Shown piece after piece: positions 40,801 through 48,565 of a DNA stretch of 61,627 nucleotides; within the stretch, counting starts at the first letter, position 1, and each line of letters starts with the position of its first letter. Below the pieces are notes generated by a model that saw only the letters and a list, made by a program, of their open reading frames with translations, was not told the DNA's origin and ran no database searches. Both the position numbers and the translations under genes were made by a program. Source of the DNA: Lentisphaeria bacterium (GTDB taxonomy: Bacteria; Verrucomicrobiota; Lentisphaeria; Victivallales; UBA1829); contig JAFSZN010000154.1 of assembly GCA_017455665.1 (NCBI GenBank), forward strand, positions 1-61,627, in the 5' to 3' direction.

Positions 40801-42389
40801 CCCAGCGCCGGAACCGTGGAGCCAGTGATAAAGATGGGATACTGGGGGCCGTCAACGTCGACGAGCGAGAGCGTGTCGCCCGACAGGACCGGCACGCTGC
40901 CCCCGTACCCCGCGAATGCCGTATCCGCGAAGCCTCCGCCGGTCCCGGAAACGAGAATCCAACTCGGATCCGTAAAGACAATCCATCCGCGGGAATACTC
41001 GGCGATGCCCTGCAGGGCCGCGCCGCGCACCGCGCCGCCCGCGCCGATCGTGATCTCGCCCTTGCTCATCGTCAGCCCGGAGACCAGGCCGCCCGACACG
41101 CCGAGCGTGCCGCCGTACACCTGCACGTCCGCGGCGTATCCGCCGGACACCTGCATCCTGCCCCCGTCCGAACTCAAGGCATACACGGTCGAACTGCCGG
41201 AACTGGTCGTGAAGCTCGACCCGTTGAGCACGACCGAATGCGCCGTGCCGCCCAGCACGAACTGCCCGCCGAGGTTCACCGTGGTCCCCTCGACCGAGGC
41301 GGATTCGCGCACGGCGAGGATGCCGCTGTCGGAGACCGTGGTCCCTTCGACCGTCGCACCCGCCTGAACGGACATGGTTCCGGCGGTGATCCGCGTCTTG
41401 CGGAACGTCACCCCGGACGACACGTCCAGATTCGTGCCCGTGTGCCGCAGAAAGCTCTTCGAGACCAGCGCCCCCGCCTCCGCGTTCAGCGCCGCGCCGT
41501 TCAGGTTCGCGTTCAGCAGGATCGCGCCGGACCCGAGGTCCAGCGTGCCGCCGTTCAAATCGCCTTCCGTGATGACCGTGCCGCTCAGCGCCTGCGCCGT
41601 GCCGCCGTTCAGGTTGAACCGGAACGCCGCCGCGTCCTGCAGGAGCGCCGAGCCCGCCCGTTGAATGTTCGCGTCGTACACCGTGCCGGACTGCACGTTC
41701 AGGTATCCGCCGTTCACGATCGCCGTGTGCGCTTCGCCCGCCGCCGCCACGTACAGCGTGCCGCCGGCGTTGACGTCCGTGTTGTACGCCTGGCCGGAAA
41801 TGATCTCCATTTCGCCGCCGGAGATGGTCGTGTCGTACATGTAACCGTACAGCATTTCGAGCCTGCCGCCGTTCACAGCCGTCTTCGACCCCTGCGCCCC
41901 GGACACCACGCGCGCGTGGGCGCCCCAGTTCACCGTCGTGTTCGCCGCGATGCCGCCCGACATCTGGATCGTGAACGAGCCGCCGCTTTCGACGACCGTG
42001 TCGCCCACATATCCGCCGTACACCAGGTAGCGGCCGCCGTTCGACACCGTCACGTTCAGGCCGGACCCGCCGTCGTACACCATGCCGTAGCCCTTGTCGA
42101 GGATCGTGCCCGACTTCCAGACGCCCTCGAACACGTCCATCTGGCCGCCGTTCGTCATCGTCACATTTTCCGCCGAGCCGCCGGACAGCATCGCGCCGCC
42201 GCTGTCGTGCAGCGAGATATTCTGAATGAGTCCGCCGTCCTCGACCCAGAGATAGCCGTAGTTGACCGCTTCCGTGTCCGTGACGGTCGCGCCCGAAAGC
42301 ACGCTCACGACGCCGCCCGTCTCCACGGTCAGCCCGGATGAAATGACGTTCCCCGACAGTTCGATTTCGCTCGTGATGATCTCTGCCAT
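31869..42389 (-). CDS. Giant (3506 aa) modular surface protein: AIDA-like beta-helix, nine repeated modules, Ig/FN3-like domains and C-terminal FG-GAP repeats
   Basis: Single ORF with AAGGAGG RBS; TTVxxGG repeats; nine copies of VYxNxxWxGLxxG…GxDAF; several GDFDGDGxDD motifs; no signal peptide or autotransporter barrel seen. Confidence 0.85.
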   Translation of the reverse strand: MAEIITSEIELSGNVISSGLTVETGGVVSVLSGATVTDTEAVNYGYLWVEDGGLIQNISLHDSGGAMLSGGSAENVTMTNGGQMDVFEGVWKSGTILDKGYGMVYDGGSGLNVTVSNGGRYLVYGGYVGDTVVESGGSFTIQMSGGIAANTTVNWGAHARVVSGAQGSKTAVNGGRLEMLYGYMYDTTISGGEMEIISGQAYNTDVNAGGTLYVAAAGEAHTAIVNGGYLNVQSGTVYDANIQRAGSALLQDAAAFRFNLNGGTAQALSGTVITEGDLNGGTLDLGSGAILLNANLNGAALNAEAGALVSKSFLRHTGTNLDVSSGVTFRKTRITAGTMSVQAGATVEGTTVSDSGILAVRESASVEGTTVNLGGQFVLGGTAHSVVLNGSSFTTSSGSSTVYALSSDGGRMQVSGGYAADVQVYGGTLGVSGGLVSGLTMSKGEITIGAGGAVRGAALQGIAEYSRGWIVFTDPSWILVSGTGGGFADTAFAGYGGSVPVLSGDTLSLVDVDGPQYPIFITGSTVPALGYLTVEAGGLLEDAEASWMRITVSGDGVARNLSATNYTLITLASGGTLTGRMSFVNGTTVTAAAGGIVDFDLTNLAPGNEVILNGLNAITGAPTFTVTVSDVQATGRYVLADGVNGFSGTLTVRNTAWAALGTLTVGELTEIGGRYYLAKTKYDTLYLSIWTERPEILPDPNPVYLNTTWTGLEAGTSVALADGGTATFGYDAFADLAAASEAVAENGLVLVTGCEAALPGVLTGTVDVAAGASVTGATVGERGTLTLKNGASARDIAVSGGTLTVEAGAVLTVTQKFNASGTITVDGIVNLDISGSAGSTDALINRIADIQGAATYRLTVGESQAAGGYKLVATPNGYEDFTLTVVDASGNALGTVGIRYVQQADGSYQEIKTDAVINGMRYSLVCKRASGGFILTSDAGFTLSVTPETEKPYYLYVNFDWNTLAVGSTVGVTNPDTNLSYTATYGVDAFYDLAAAEEFGDENCVITVSGGTFSPAAGVTRNLVLTYNTSGIIYVVVSAAIILENTTVYRSVTAKSVSLVQDLTVAAGGSVTVSGGTAKSLTVAAGAALTVTSGVLTGYCTFEAGSEITVSGGMMAFDISGAAAGGPALYDGLAYVAGTPNCAILISADQAQGVYVLGTNAAGFAPYFTIQEKTSNSNIIYYIPDASGATPRKPNVITIGGTYRVNGKSYTIAETDGVLTLTVGTYEMPETVYINSTWDGLAFGETVTLQSGASATYGVDAFGSAAAAHAASAEGAAAYIDGGIAVLNDLDNEKTRKTVARAGSVVRGGTGSTRYAYDLTLESGATADSLTVYNGTLTVKSGATLAGDTKTGSGFTIELHDGAVLGGTLSAEGKTVLRDVTALGGTVVISASGTLIGTAAFTEDMDITVNGTIDFDISGTTAGAPMLFRGLSCLKGAPASYSITIDIAQEKGVYLLADAVDNFSGSIALRNVSGTTLGTIEIGKSVNILGVYYTLRGLPSDGKYFLSLVVSNERPPLESVTVNSSWSGKQAGEIVNIRGGTAIYLYDAFANLNDAFAVGVGATVNITGGNFQLSEGSHSNPVVVDGATLSLTGTDVLTGSVSVIQNGILAIAGEAAASASITVDGTSTLLMSGPSNAGSITVDGTIEFDISRAGGKAVFENLSRIQGAPTYAIRAAGALATGTYLVATGASGVGRVELRLGSNKYALSTAGGFLIVNGIRYEAALTSAGDLTLDVSKPDVTSVYYLNTKWYDKKDGDVVETIDGGTAIIGYNAFWRNVINTFSPGSTVIIEGGGYGSMPYDPVPQRGVNVIIRKGSLYMSENFSLAPGCVISVAAIGGIGFHQSFDVAFTVESGATFTVEVGGKLALYDGKIVIRDGANVTVNGTIRLSIARLTGGCDARISDLSRIQGAPSSFELRISDIAKQSAGKYVLASGAAGFDGVITVLDFNVNKTLATLSVGDSYMLGRKTCTLELDETGDLCLNVVDPDLAPTVYLNAEWAGLDDDAIVLLPKGGTAWVGYDAFSKLEDAASEVAERGTIVILGGTYQATPVDFGDAVRITVRGGELNMDPAWSWSTGFGKTVTVEDGGTISGAYTFMSGGSLAVNDGGIATGRIRTGYSGTITVQGGGMASGVFEIESGGTLTVEAGAVLSVECSAMPDEALQRGAAHFFIDNDAIVTVSGQIMVEDDATIRIDGTLCFDISGIGQGGAALFRGLSRVEGTPSYVLTVSETQAAGRYVLSSDAAGFDGVITVRNDAGTALATLTAGQSFLYERKEFKLILDTLGNLCLTVSRPDGVPCVHISTEWEGVAYGKTVTLADGSRVSVGVDAFADEGAFYEVGKGGMAVLWDGTVSTGALGNANSVVIRGGELKLNGAVESARTITVTAGGTLSGDITIAAGGAITVEAGGTLTVGRTVLDDGASLFVNGILNLDMTGAAADGGPLFRGFARVQGAPNFALTVGGLSQGEGVYTLSEDAGLFDGIITVLNSDGEELGKLEVGKTLYATDGNAYHLSSDNMGKLELGVTRLVETSRIYLNSDWEGLEDGAFVVLQSGYLAVIGVNAFYNDAAFAAVSDGGTVVVEKGRIPKRLWKSNLNIIVLGEAVLNTEVDNGTTITVGTGASLSGAVSAVREGCAITVEEGGTFSVSFFDFQDGASIVNNGVMDLDISVGLRPGSLNNRSGFHHVRGNAEFTLTVSSGYQMPGEYLYIGDSQIWFYEDLVFTVVNTDGETVGTLSIGHDLEYNGNLYTFVGREIVASGILHVYRFMVEKIADTVDLVYVNSLWAGLEDGTTVEMADGSTATIGYDAFAEYVPGKKLSIVGGTVTLPEDAEVSVITVKNGAVLNGNGAHVNISVLVDVGSYAENLVIEGSVGRVRLENGATLRNFTIRDGTLEAGSGIAKLSGRMTIEGTFNTLFFTVVDFDLSVADDSRPLLNDLRILTFSRPPQASTLPTRSYTITVDADTVPASGSRSYKLAGNAEAGRTNATDDAVFTVVNRDGSSIGTIALDGSLNIGDAVYKLRIIDDILTLTVSAPDNAPPKVFNVNADTVELTNRDVVVTAEFSDDQEMLTAYYRIGANGEWLAYDFENGVTVTKNATVYFKAVDDAGNVSEIVSYTVNNIDNIAPKKPGSLRASVSEHMVVLAWNPSEDAGSGIDEYIVRYWNGEHEFTVSTNRTTLVIEDLGAGTWHWTVHAFDKAWNASEIAEGDAFTVTGEAIPEADKRFFLGDFAGDGTPMFAKYAGGIVSVYAENGALWGAVALGDGWEPVGIGDFDGDGRDDVLRINAAGYVVGEMSNGDGTFTAQVLNFKDAAWDILGIGDFDGDGKDDVLVANPTGASETVGLIGYWKAGTEWTLINGYSASWEMIATGDFDGDGKCDMLWKNSFLGADGKTYNAYCSWIVGNPVDWRMVSVANPEEWNFLCAGDFDGDGTKDIAMVNGEGVVGIWGMSDGWLASWSILSKVDASEWSLVGVADLNGDGTDDIAWRSAESGLAGYWQINNKQMAGWQTVSALA

Positions 42390-42667
42390 GTTCTGCCTCC
42401 TTGTGTCCCGGTCCCGGACGCCTGTTCGTGCTCTCGATCCCCCGGACCGCTTGTTTCGAAGTCTGGTTTTCCGTGTCGTAACGGCATGAAAAAACGGTTT
42501 TTTTCATTATTTAGACACGCAAACATCGGAAAATCTTAGCGAAAATCCGCTTTTTTCTAAGAAAAATACAGCAAAAATAGATTGTTTTCTAAAACGACCG
42601 CATCTTTCTCTAAGAAAAAACGGTTTTTCCACGGCTTTTCGCAATGATTCATCTGTGTTTTTACTAA

Positions 42668-42695
42668 AATATATCACACGAAAGCAAGATGTCAA
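42668..42695 (-). promoter_or_regulatory. Sigma70-type promoter for the giant surface protein gene
   Basis: TTGACA-N16-TATATT with TG at the extended -10, about 270 nt upstream of the ATG. Confidence 0.65.
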
Positions 42696-42892
42696 GCAAA
42701 AAGTTTTTTTGCAAATATGCTTTGTCACGCATCGCGTTTCCTTCGACTGGGAAACGACTGAAAAAGGCAAAAAGACGGGATCCGGAATGATTTCCGCGAA
42801 AGCGGCGGATATTTCCGCCATGAGGATAGGATCCACCCGGAGACGATCGGAACTGTTTCTGTTCAGATGCGAAATGCTCCGGCGGTCGGGAA

Positions 42893-43339
42893 TTATAGTC
42901 TATGTCCGTCAATCTTGAAGAGCGCCGAACGGAAAAATTCCTTCAGACGCCGCAATTCCGTTGCCATGGCGTCCGGCGGGGGAAGCTCATCCAGTTTTTC
43001 CGCAAGGGATTTCTTTTCCATAATGTTCCAGACCAGCGGGCTCTCCGTTTCGTCATAACTCCCGAATGAGAACAGGATGCCGCACTTGCCTTTATTGAGA
43101 CGGTTCTCCAAGGCGGGGATCCCTTCCGCGCGGACCCGGGAGCCGTATTGGCGGAACAGGCTGAAAACGACAATATCGGCTTCCATGTAGATTGGAGCCG
43201 GCAGTTCAGTGAATTCAAATGCGCCAAGGCATTCATACCGTTCGATCATGGCGGGCACGGCAGATGCGTATTGGAAAAGAGCCGACATGACGATCTTTCC
43301 ATCTCCCAGAAACATTATTTTTTTCTTATTCTGCGCCAT
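42893..43339 (-). CDS. Small degenerate receiver-like (pseudo-REC) protein
   Basis: KKIMFLGD…EADIVVFSL…EGIPAL…GILFSFG follows the receiver beta/alpha order, with Ser at the phospho-Asp position; directly follows livF. Confidence 0.5.
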   Translation of the reverse strand: MAQNKKKIMFLGDGKIVMSALFQYASAVPAMIERYECLGAFEFTELPAPIYMEADIVVFSLFRQYGSRVRAEGIPALENRLNKGKCGILFSFGSYDETESPLVWNIMEKKSLAEKLDELPPPDAMATELRRLKEFFRSALFKIDGHRL

Positions 43340-43346
43340 GATCAGA

Positions 43347-44054
43347 TCAGAAATAGTGTTTTTCGAGCCATTGCGGATCAAGCATCTGCCTCATATCGGA
43401 TGTTTGGGCGCGTATTTCGCCCCGGATCAGGATGACGGCACGGTTGATCCACTGAAGCAGTTCCAGACGATGTTCGACCATGAGCACCGACTGGTCCGGA
43501 TTGTTCTGAATGAAGCCGTGGATCCGCTCCATGATGTCAACGGCGGCTTTCGGCGAAAGCCCGGCGGTCGGTTCGTCCAGCAGATACAGCGTCTTTTTCC
43601 GCAGGAGCACCATTGCAATGGCAAGCGCCTGCCTTTGTCCGCCCGAGAGTGCTCCGGACCGTTTGTTCATGTGGGGACGAAGCAGGTCGAAGACTTCAAG
43701 CACGCGGCAAAGGGAGTCCTTGAATTCATTCCTGCGCATTGTGAGGCCCGCGATCTTGAGATTCTCATGCACCGTAAGCCCCGGGAAGATATTGCCGGTC
43801 TGCCGCAGGTATCCGATTCCGGCGTTGACGCGCATTGCCGTTGAAAGCTGCGCGATGTCTTTTCCCTGAAACCGTATTGTTCCCGACGTCAGCGGCAGAA
43901 GCCCGATGACAGCCTTGAGGAGAGTGGATTTCCCGCAGCCGTTCGGGCCCGCAAGCAATACGGATTCGCCGGAGTTCACGGCAAGCGACACTCCGGTCAG
44001 CACAGGGCGAGTCCCGTAACCGCAATGGGTCCGGTCAAGTTCGAGCAGGGTCAT
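43347..44054 (-). CDS. ABC transporter ATP-binding protein, LivF-like
   Basis: GPNGCGKST, LSGGQRQ, LLDEPTAGLSP, MVEH. Confidence 0.88.
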   Translation of the reverse strand: MTLLELDRTHCGYGTRPVLTGVSLAVNSGESVLLAGPNGCGKSTLLKAVIGLLPLTSGTIRFQGKDIAQLSTAMRVNAGIGYLRQTGNIFPGLTVHENLKIAGLTMRRNEFKDSLCRVLEVFDLLRPHMNKRSGALSGGQRQALAIAMVLLRKKTLYLLDEPTAGLSPKAAVDIMERIHGFIQNNPDQSVLMVEHRLELLQWINRAVILIRGEIRAQTSDMRQMLDPQWLEKHYF

Positions 44055-44848
44055 ATTGTTTCTCCCGACAATCCCATATACAATTCCCGTACTTCCGGGT
44101 TTTCAAGCACACATTTCTGTGTTCCATGGCAGAAAACGGTTCCTTCATGCATGAAATAGATATAGAACGCAAGCGCCCTGACCGCGCGCATGTTGTGTTC
44201 GATCAGCGCGATGGAGACCTTGCGGTCCTCTATCATCCGCTTGATGAGCGCAATCATCTTTCCCGTCATTACGGGCGACAGGGCGGCGGTCGGTTCATCA
44301 AGCAGCAGCAGGCGCGATTTGTGGGCAAGCAATCTGGCGATCGCGAGGAGTTTCTGCTGTCCAAAGGAAAGCTCGCCGCCTTTTTTTTCCGCGGAATCCG
44401 CCAGCCCGACATATTCCAGCCAGGACATCGCTTCATCATGGAACCGCCTTGCCTGTACGCTGTGTTTCCAAAAACGGCAGGCGGAGAACAGGGAATAGTC
44501 CTCCGGGGAGAGCAGCGCCGCGCGGACATTGTCAAAGACCGTAAGGTTTTCAAAAATGCGGACATCCTGGTACAGCTTGCCGACTCCCATCCTGGCGATC
44601 TGCCACGGCTGGAGCTGCGTGATGATTTGTCCGTCGAGGAGCACTTGGCCCCGGTCCGCCCGGAGATTGCCGGTCAGGATATGGAACATCGTCGTCTTGC
44701 CCGCGCCGTTCGGTCCGACAAAGGCAGTGACGCGTCCCGGGAAGATTGTGATGTCGACATCATGGAGAGCCTGAAAAGAACCGAAACTCTTTGTGATGTT
44801 TTTTGCCACCAGTTCCGGCGGCTGCGTGGTTTCGGGGGGACGTTTCAT
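44051..44848 (-). CDS. ABC transporter ATP-binding protein, LivG-like
   Basis: GPNGAGKTT, LSFGQQK, LLLDEPTA, LIEHNM; start ATG 44848 overlaps the livM stop. Confidence 0.88.
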   Translation of the reverse strand: MKRPPETTQPPELVAKNITKSFGSFQALHDVDITIFPGRVTAFVGPNGAGKTTMFHILTGNLRADRGQVLLDGQIITQLQPWQIARMGVGKLYQDVRIFENLTVFDNVRAALLSPEDYSLFSACRFWKHSVQARRFHDEAMSWLEYVGLADSAEKKGGELSFGQQKLLAIARLLAHKSRLLLLDEPTAALSPVMTGKMIALIKRMIEDRKVSIALIEHNMRAVRALAFYIYFMHEGTVFCHGTQKCVLENPEVRELYMGLSGETI

Positions 44849-45714
44849 TTTACCGCGTACTCCCCGGCAAGTCCGCGCGGCCTGAAGTACATTAGGACCA
44901 CGAGCAGAATGCCGTAAATGATCTCGCGCATGTTGGCGGCAATGGTGTCCGGCATCCCGACAAAACGCAGAATCTCCGGCAGGGTCAGCATGAACAGTAC
45001 GCCGCAAAGCGGTCCCCGGATGTTGCCGGACCCGCCGACCAGGAGGATCGAGGCGATGAAGATACTTTCCGTCAGGGTAAACGATGTCGGGTCGATATAG
45101 GTCACGTATCCGGCGAAGCACACGCCCGGAATCGCCGCAAGGGCGCTGCTGACCACCATTGCGCGGGTGTATTGCCTCCGGGGAGAGATCCCCAGTGTCT
45201 GGGCCGCCGCCTCGTTGTCGCGCAGCGATTTCAGCGACAGGGCAAACGTGCTTCGGCATATCAGCGTCACCAGGAGAAGCACGATCAGAAATATCACGGC
45301 GCAGAAGAAAAAGTATTGCCATGAGCCGTCAACCGTGAACCCGAAAATGCCCGGGCGCGGGATGCCCGAAATGCCATACGGCCCGCGGGTCAGAGAGATC
45401 CAGTTGTACAGGATCACATACACGATCATCTGAAATCCGATCGTTGCCAGTACGAAAGTCTCATTGCGGAAGCGCAGCGCGGCAATGCCGAACAGCCAGC
45501 CGACCAGTGCGCAGAATGCGATCGCGCATGGCAGCGTTACCAGGAACGGCAAGCCGAAGTGCAGGGAAAGGAGCGCATAGACATAAGCCCCGAGCCCGTA
45601 AAAAGCCGCTTGCGACATTGTCAGCAAACCGCTGAACCCGATCAGCAGATTCGCGGAACATGCCAGCATCCCGTAGATCGCAAGCATTGCGCCGATGTGC
45701 AGAATATAATTCAT
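44845..45714 (-). CDS. ABC transporter permease, LivM-like
   Basis: SQAAFYGLGAY, LTRGPYGISGIPRP, LRDNEAAA, LLVGGSG, RPRGL. Confidence 0.88.
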   Translation of the reverse strand: MNYILHIGAMLAIYGMLACSANLLIGFSGLLTMSQAAFYGLGAYVYALLSLHFGLPFLVTLPCAIAFCALVGWLFGIAALRFRNETFVLATIGFQMIVYVILYNWISLTRGPYGISGIPRPGIFGFTVDGSWQYFFFCAVIFLIVLLLVTLICRSTFALSLKSLRDNEAAAQTLGISPRRQYTRAMVVSSALAAIPGVCFAGYVTYIDPTSFTLTESIFIASILLVGGSGNIRGPLCGVLFMLTLPEILRFVGMPDTIAANMREIIYGILLVVLMYFRPRGLAGEYAVK

Positions 45715-46598
45715 GAACCCTGTTCCTCCAGGCGTTTGCGAGTCCCGAAGATCCCCTGCGGCTTCAGAAGCAAAACGCAGATCAGGACCCCGAATGTCAC
45801 AAGATCCGTCCAGCGTGCCGAGAATCTCCAGACCGCAAGGCTCTGCAGCACTGTGATCGCCATGGCTCCGGCACCCCATGCCCAGTAACGGTCCGTCCCC
45901 CCGAAAAACACCGCGACCGAGGCAAGCAGCAGATAGTGCATCCCGACATGGGGATCCATCCCGATGTCGTAGGAAAGCAGAAGCGCGGACATGGCTACCA
46001 TCAGGCCGCAAAGCGACATGACGATCAGGCGCAGCAGATTCAGCGGCAGCCCCAGCACGGGGATGAGCTCCGGCTGATCCCCCATCGCCCAGATCGCCTT
46101 GAACCAGTCGCTCCGCTGCACCAGGACGCCGGTTAATCCGAAGGCTGCCGCCGAACAGAAGAACTGAAGCAGCTGGATCCGGGTAAAACGGAGCCCGCAG
46201 AACGCCACCGACGGTTCAAGCTGTGTTGAAATGGTCTTGACCTCATTTCCAAATGCCAGAGCCAGTGCGTTCTCCACAACGATCATGATCCCGAGAGACG
46301 CGATCATCGTGGCGCCGGAGCTAACGCCTTTCCGCAAGAACGGCCGGTAGACCACAAGTTCGATTCCCCACGCGAAAAGGACCGACAGCGCCAGCGAAAC
46401 CGCGGCGGCTGCAAGCATCGGCAGATGCAAAACGGCTCCGAACAGATAGAACATGTAACAGGAAAAGATAAACTGCCCCCCGAGCGCAATATGGAAAACG
46501 CGGAATGACCGGTATACAAAGCCGAATCCGGCTGCAAGGCATGCCGCGACTGCCCCCTGTACGATCCCATTTCCCAGAAGCTGCAAAAAAAGGCTCAT
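45711..46598 (-). CDS. ABC transporter permease, LivH-like
   Basis: QLLGNGIVQG…GFGFVY…FHIA, MIASLG, FFGG, LLKPQGIFG. Confidence 0.88.
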   Translation of the reverse strand: MSLFLQLLGNGIVQGAVAACLAAGFGFVYRSFRVFHIALGGQFIFSCYMFYLFGAVLHLPMLAAAAVSLALSVLFAWGIELVVYRPFLRKGVSSGATMIASLGIMIVVENALALAFGNEVKTISTQLEPSVAFCGLRFTRIQLLQFFCSAAAFGLTGVLVQRSDWFKAIWAMGDQPELIPVLGLPLNLLRLIVMSLCGLMVAMSALLLSYDIGMDPHVGMHYLLLASVAVFFGGTDRYWAWGAGAMAITVLQSLAVWRFSARWTDLVTFGVLICVLLLKPQGIFGTRKRLEEQGS

Positions 46599-46984
46599 GG
46601 CTTCAGCACCTGCGACAAAGCTTTCTTGATCTCATCGGGCTGGAGCGGTTTCCTCAGGAACCGGATCGCGCCGCGCTCGATCGCCTCCAATTCATATTCG
46701 ATCGTCTGGTAGGCGCTTGTCATGATGACCCGAGTCTCCGGAGACCGTTCCCTGATCCAGGAAAGGAGATCCATCCCGCTGACATCGTCCGCCCGGGTCT
46801 TGTCCAGACGCACGTCGATGATTGCGAGATCGACCGGAGAATGAGCGGCAAAGAGAGAACGTGCCTGTTCGGCGGACTCGGCGATCAGTGTTTCCGCATC
46901 GTCCGGCAGGTACATTTTGAAGGCAAGCGAATACTCGCCGACATCATCAACGATCAGGATTCTGTTTCGTTTCGGATTATTCAA
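46595..46984 (-). CDS. Single-domain response regulator (CheY-like receiver)
   Basis: RILIVDD, DLAIIDVRL (phospho-Asp), SGMDLL, IMTSA, FLRKP; TTG start with AAGGA RBS; overlaps the livH start. Confidence 0.9.
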   Translation of the reverse strand: MNNPKRNRILIVDDVGEYSLAFKMYLPDDAETLIAESAEQARSLFAAHSPVDLAIIDVRLDKTRADDVSGMDLLSWIRERSPETRVIMTSAYQTIEYELEAIERGAIRFLRKPLQPDEIKKALSQVLKP

Positions 46985-47027
46985 AATCAGTCCTTGTTCA
47001 TATGGTTTGCAACTGTCTGCTCGAAAA

Positions 47028-47043
47028 AGCATTTTTCATGCCA
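47028..47043 (-). promoter_or_regulatory. Sigma54 (-24/-12) promoter for the receiver-livHMGF operon
   Basis: TGGCATGAAAAATGCT has exact GG-N10-GC spacing, about 45 nt upstream of the start codon. Confidence 0.7.
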
Positions 47044-47149
47044 ATGTGTTACGAAATCTGTTCGTTTCCCAGCTTCGGCAGCCAGCCTCAAATCGTCCGG
47101 CATGTCGAAAGCACAAGAAAGAACATGTCTGAAAGATGTGATCTTTTTG

Positions 47150-48565
47150 TCACGCAAAGAAATGGACAACATCTGGAAACTCCTCGTTCGCTTCCGGAAA
47201 CAGGGCGAGAGCTTTTCTGAGACGACGTTGAAACACGAAACGGTCATTATAGCCAAGCTGTCCGGCAAGTTCGCTTTTCGTGATCCGGTCATGTTGCGCG
47301 AGCGCCCGGCTGCAGAATTCCACCTCGGCACGGGCAAGACAACGGTGGAAATCCGTGATCTCCGCTCCGCTTGAAGTGTTTGTGCCGATCATCGACGCCG
47401 GAAGATGTTCCAGCCGGATGGTCTCATCCTGTCTGGCGCGCGCCTGGATCGCGGAATACTCCACGACATTCCGGAGCTCTCGTACATTGCCGGGCCATTT
47501 GCTGCGCATGAACAGCGCCAGCACCGGATGGTCGAAACCCGTCGCGGTCGTGCGGTTTGCTTTCAGCATCTCCGCGAGAAAATGTTCCGCAAGCGGGGAA
47601 ATGTCCTTGGGGTGGTTGCGAAGCGGCGGCACACGGATCTCGAATGCCTGAAGCCGGTAGTACAGGTCCTCGCGGAATTCCCCTCGTTCGATCATGGCGT
47701 CCAGATTGCGGTTCGTGGCGGTCACAAGCTGGAAATCCGCATCGATTTCCTTCGTGCCCCCGAGCCGCTGGAATGTACGGCTTTCCAGCACGCGCAAAAG
47801 CTTGACCTGGGTTTCAGGATCGAGGTCCCCGATCTCATCAAGGAACAGCGTCCCCCCGTGCGCTTCCTCGATGAATCCCTTGTGCTGCGTGGCGGCCCCG
47901 GTAAACGCCCCCCTCTCGTGTCCGAAGATCTCGCTGTGGATCGTGGTCCGGTTCATTCCGGCGATCGAGACCGCGACGAACGGACCGTCTTTGCGGCGCG
48001 GGCTCAGCTGGTGGATGTTGCGGGCGACCAGCTCTTTCCCCGTACCGCTTTCCCCCCGGATCAGCACGGACACCTTGCCGTCCGCCGCCACCAGGTTGAT
48101 CCTCTGCTGGATCTCGCGCATCTCGGGACTGCCGATTACCATGTCGGGCGAATCCACCTCGGCAAGGCGTTTTTCCAGCGAGGCGACGCGGCGGCGGAGA
48201 TGCCCCTGCTGCAGCACCACGCCGATCATTTGCTTGATGAACGGGATGGAGAACTCATCCTTGTTCAGATAAAGCTGCGCGCCGGATTCGATCGCCGCGA
48301 TGTGCGTCTCCGTGTCCACATATTTCGTGACGACGATCACAAGCTGGTACGGGTCGACTTCCATGATTTCATTGAGGATGTCAAGTCCGTCGCGGTCGTG
48401 TTCCAGGCGCATGTCCAGCACGATCAGGTCGAATGCGTATGGCCGGAACGCTTTGCGAAACATCTCCGCGGATTCGGCATGCTCGATCCGGTAACGCCCG
48501 TTGCACTGCTGTGTCAATGCGTCGCGAAATGCTTTGTCGTCGTCTACGATGAGCAGTTTATCCAT
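47150..48565 (-). CDS. Sigma54-dependent response regulator (NtrC family: REC-AAA+-HTH)
   Basis: LLIVDDD, DLIVLDMRL, GESGTGKE, intact GAFTGA, LFLDEIG, FREDLYYRL, WPGNVREL, C-terminal HTH; GGAGG RBS. Confidence 0.93.
   Translation of the reverse strand: MDKLLIVDDDKAFRDALTQQCNGRYRIEHAESAEMFRKAFRPYAFDLIVLDMRLEHDRDGLDILNEIMEVDPYQLVIVVTKYVDTETHIAAIESGAQLYLNKDEFSIPFIKQMIGVVLQQGHLRRRVASLEKRLAEVDSPDMVIGSPEMREIQQRINLVAADGKVSVLIRGESGTGKELVARNIHQLSPRRKDGPFVAVSIAGMNRTTIHSEIFGHERGAFTGAATQHKGFIEEAHGGTLFLDEIGDLDPETQVKLLRVLESRTFQRLGGTKEIDADFQLVTATNRNLDAMIERGEFREDLYYRLQAFEIRVPPLRNHPKDISPLAEHFLAEMLKANRTTATGFDHPVLALFMRSKWPGNVRELRNVVEYSAIQARARQDETIRLEHLPASMIGTNTSSGAEITDFHRCLARAEVEFCSRALAQHDRITKSELAGQLGYNDRFVFQRRLRKALALFPEANEEFPDVVHFFA

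Noticed and set aside
31869-42389. Diversity-generating retroelement target or classical autotransporter
   Set aside because: No reverse transcriptase, no template/variable repeat pair, no signal peptide and no C-terminal beta-barrel.
42482-42497. CGGCATGAAAAAACGG, resembling the sigma54 promoter at 47028
   Set aside because: It lacks the -12 GC and points away from any sense gene; better read as part of a palindrome.
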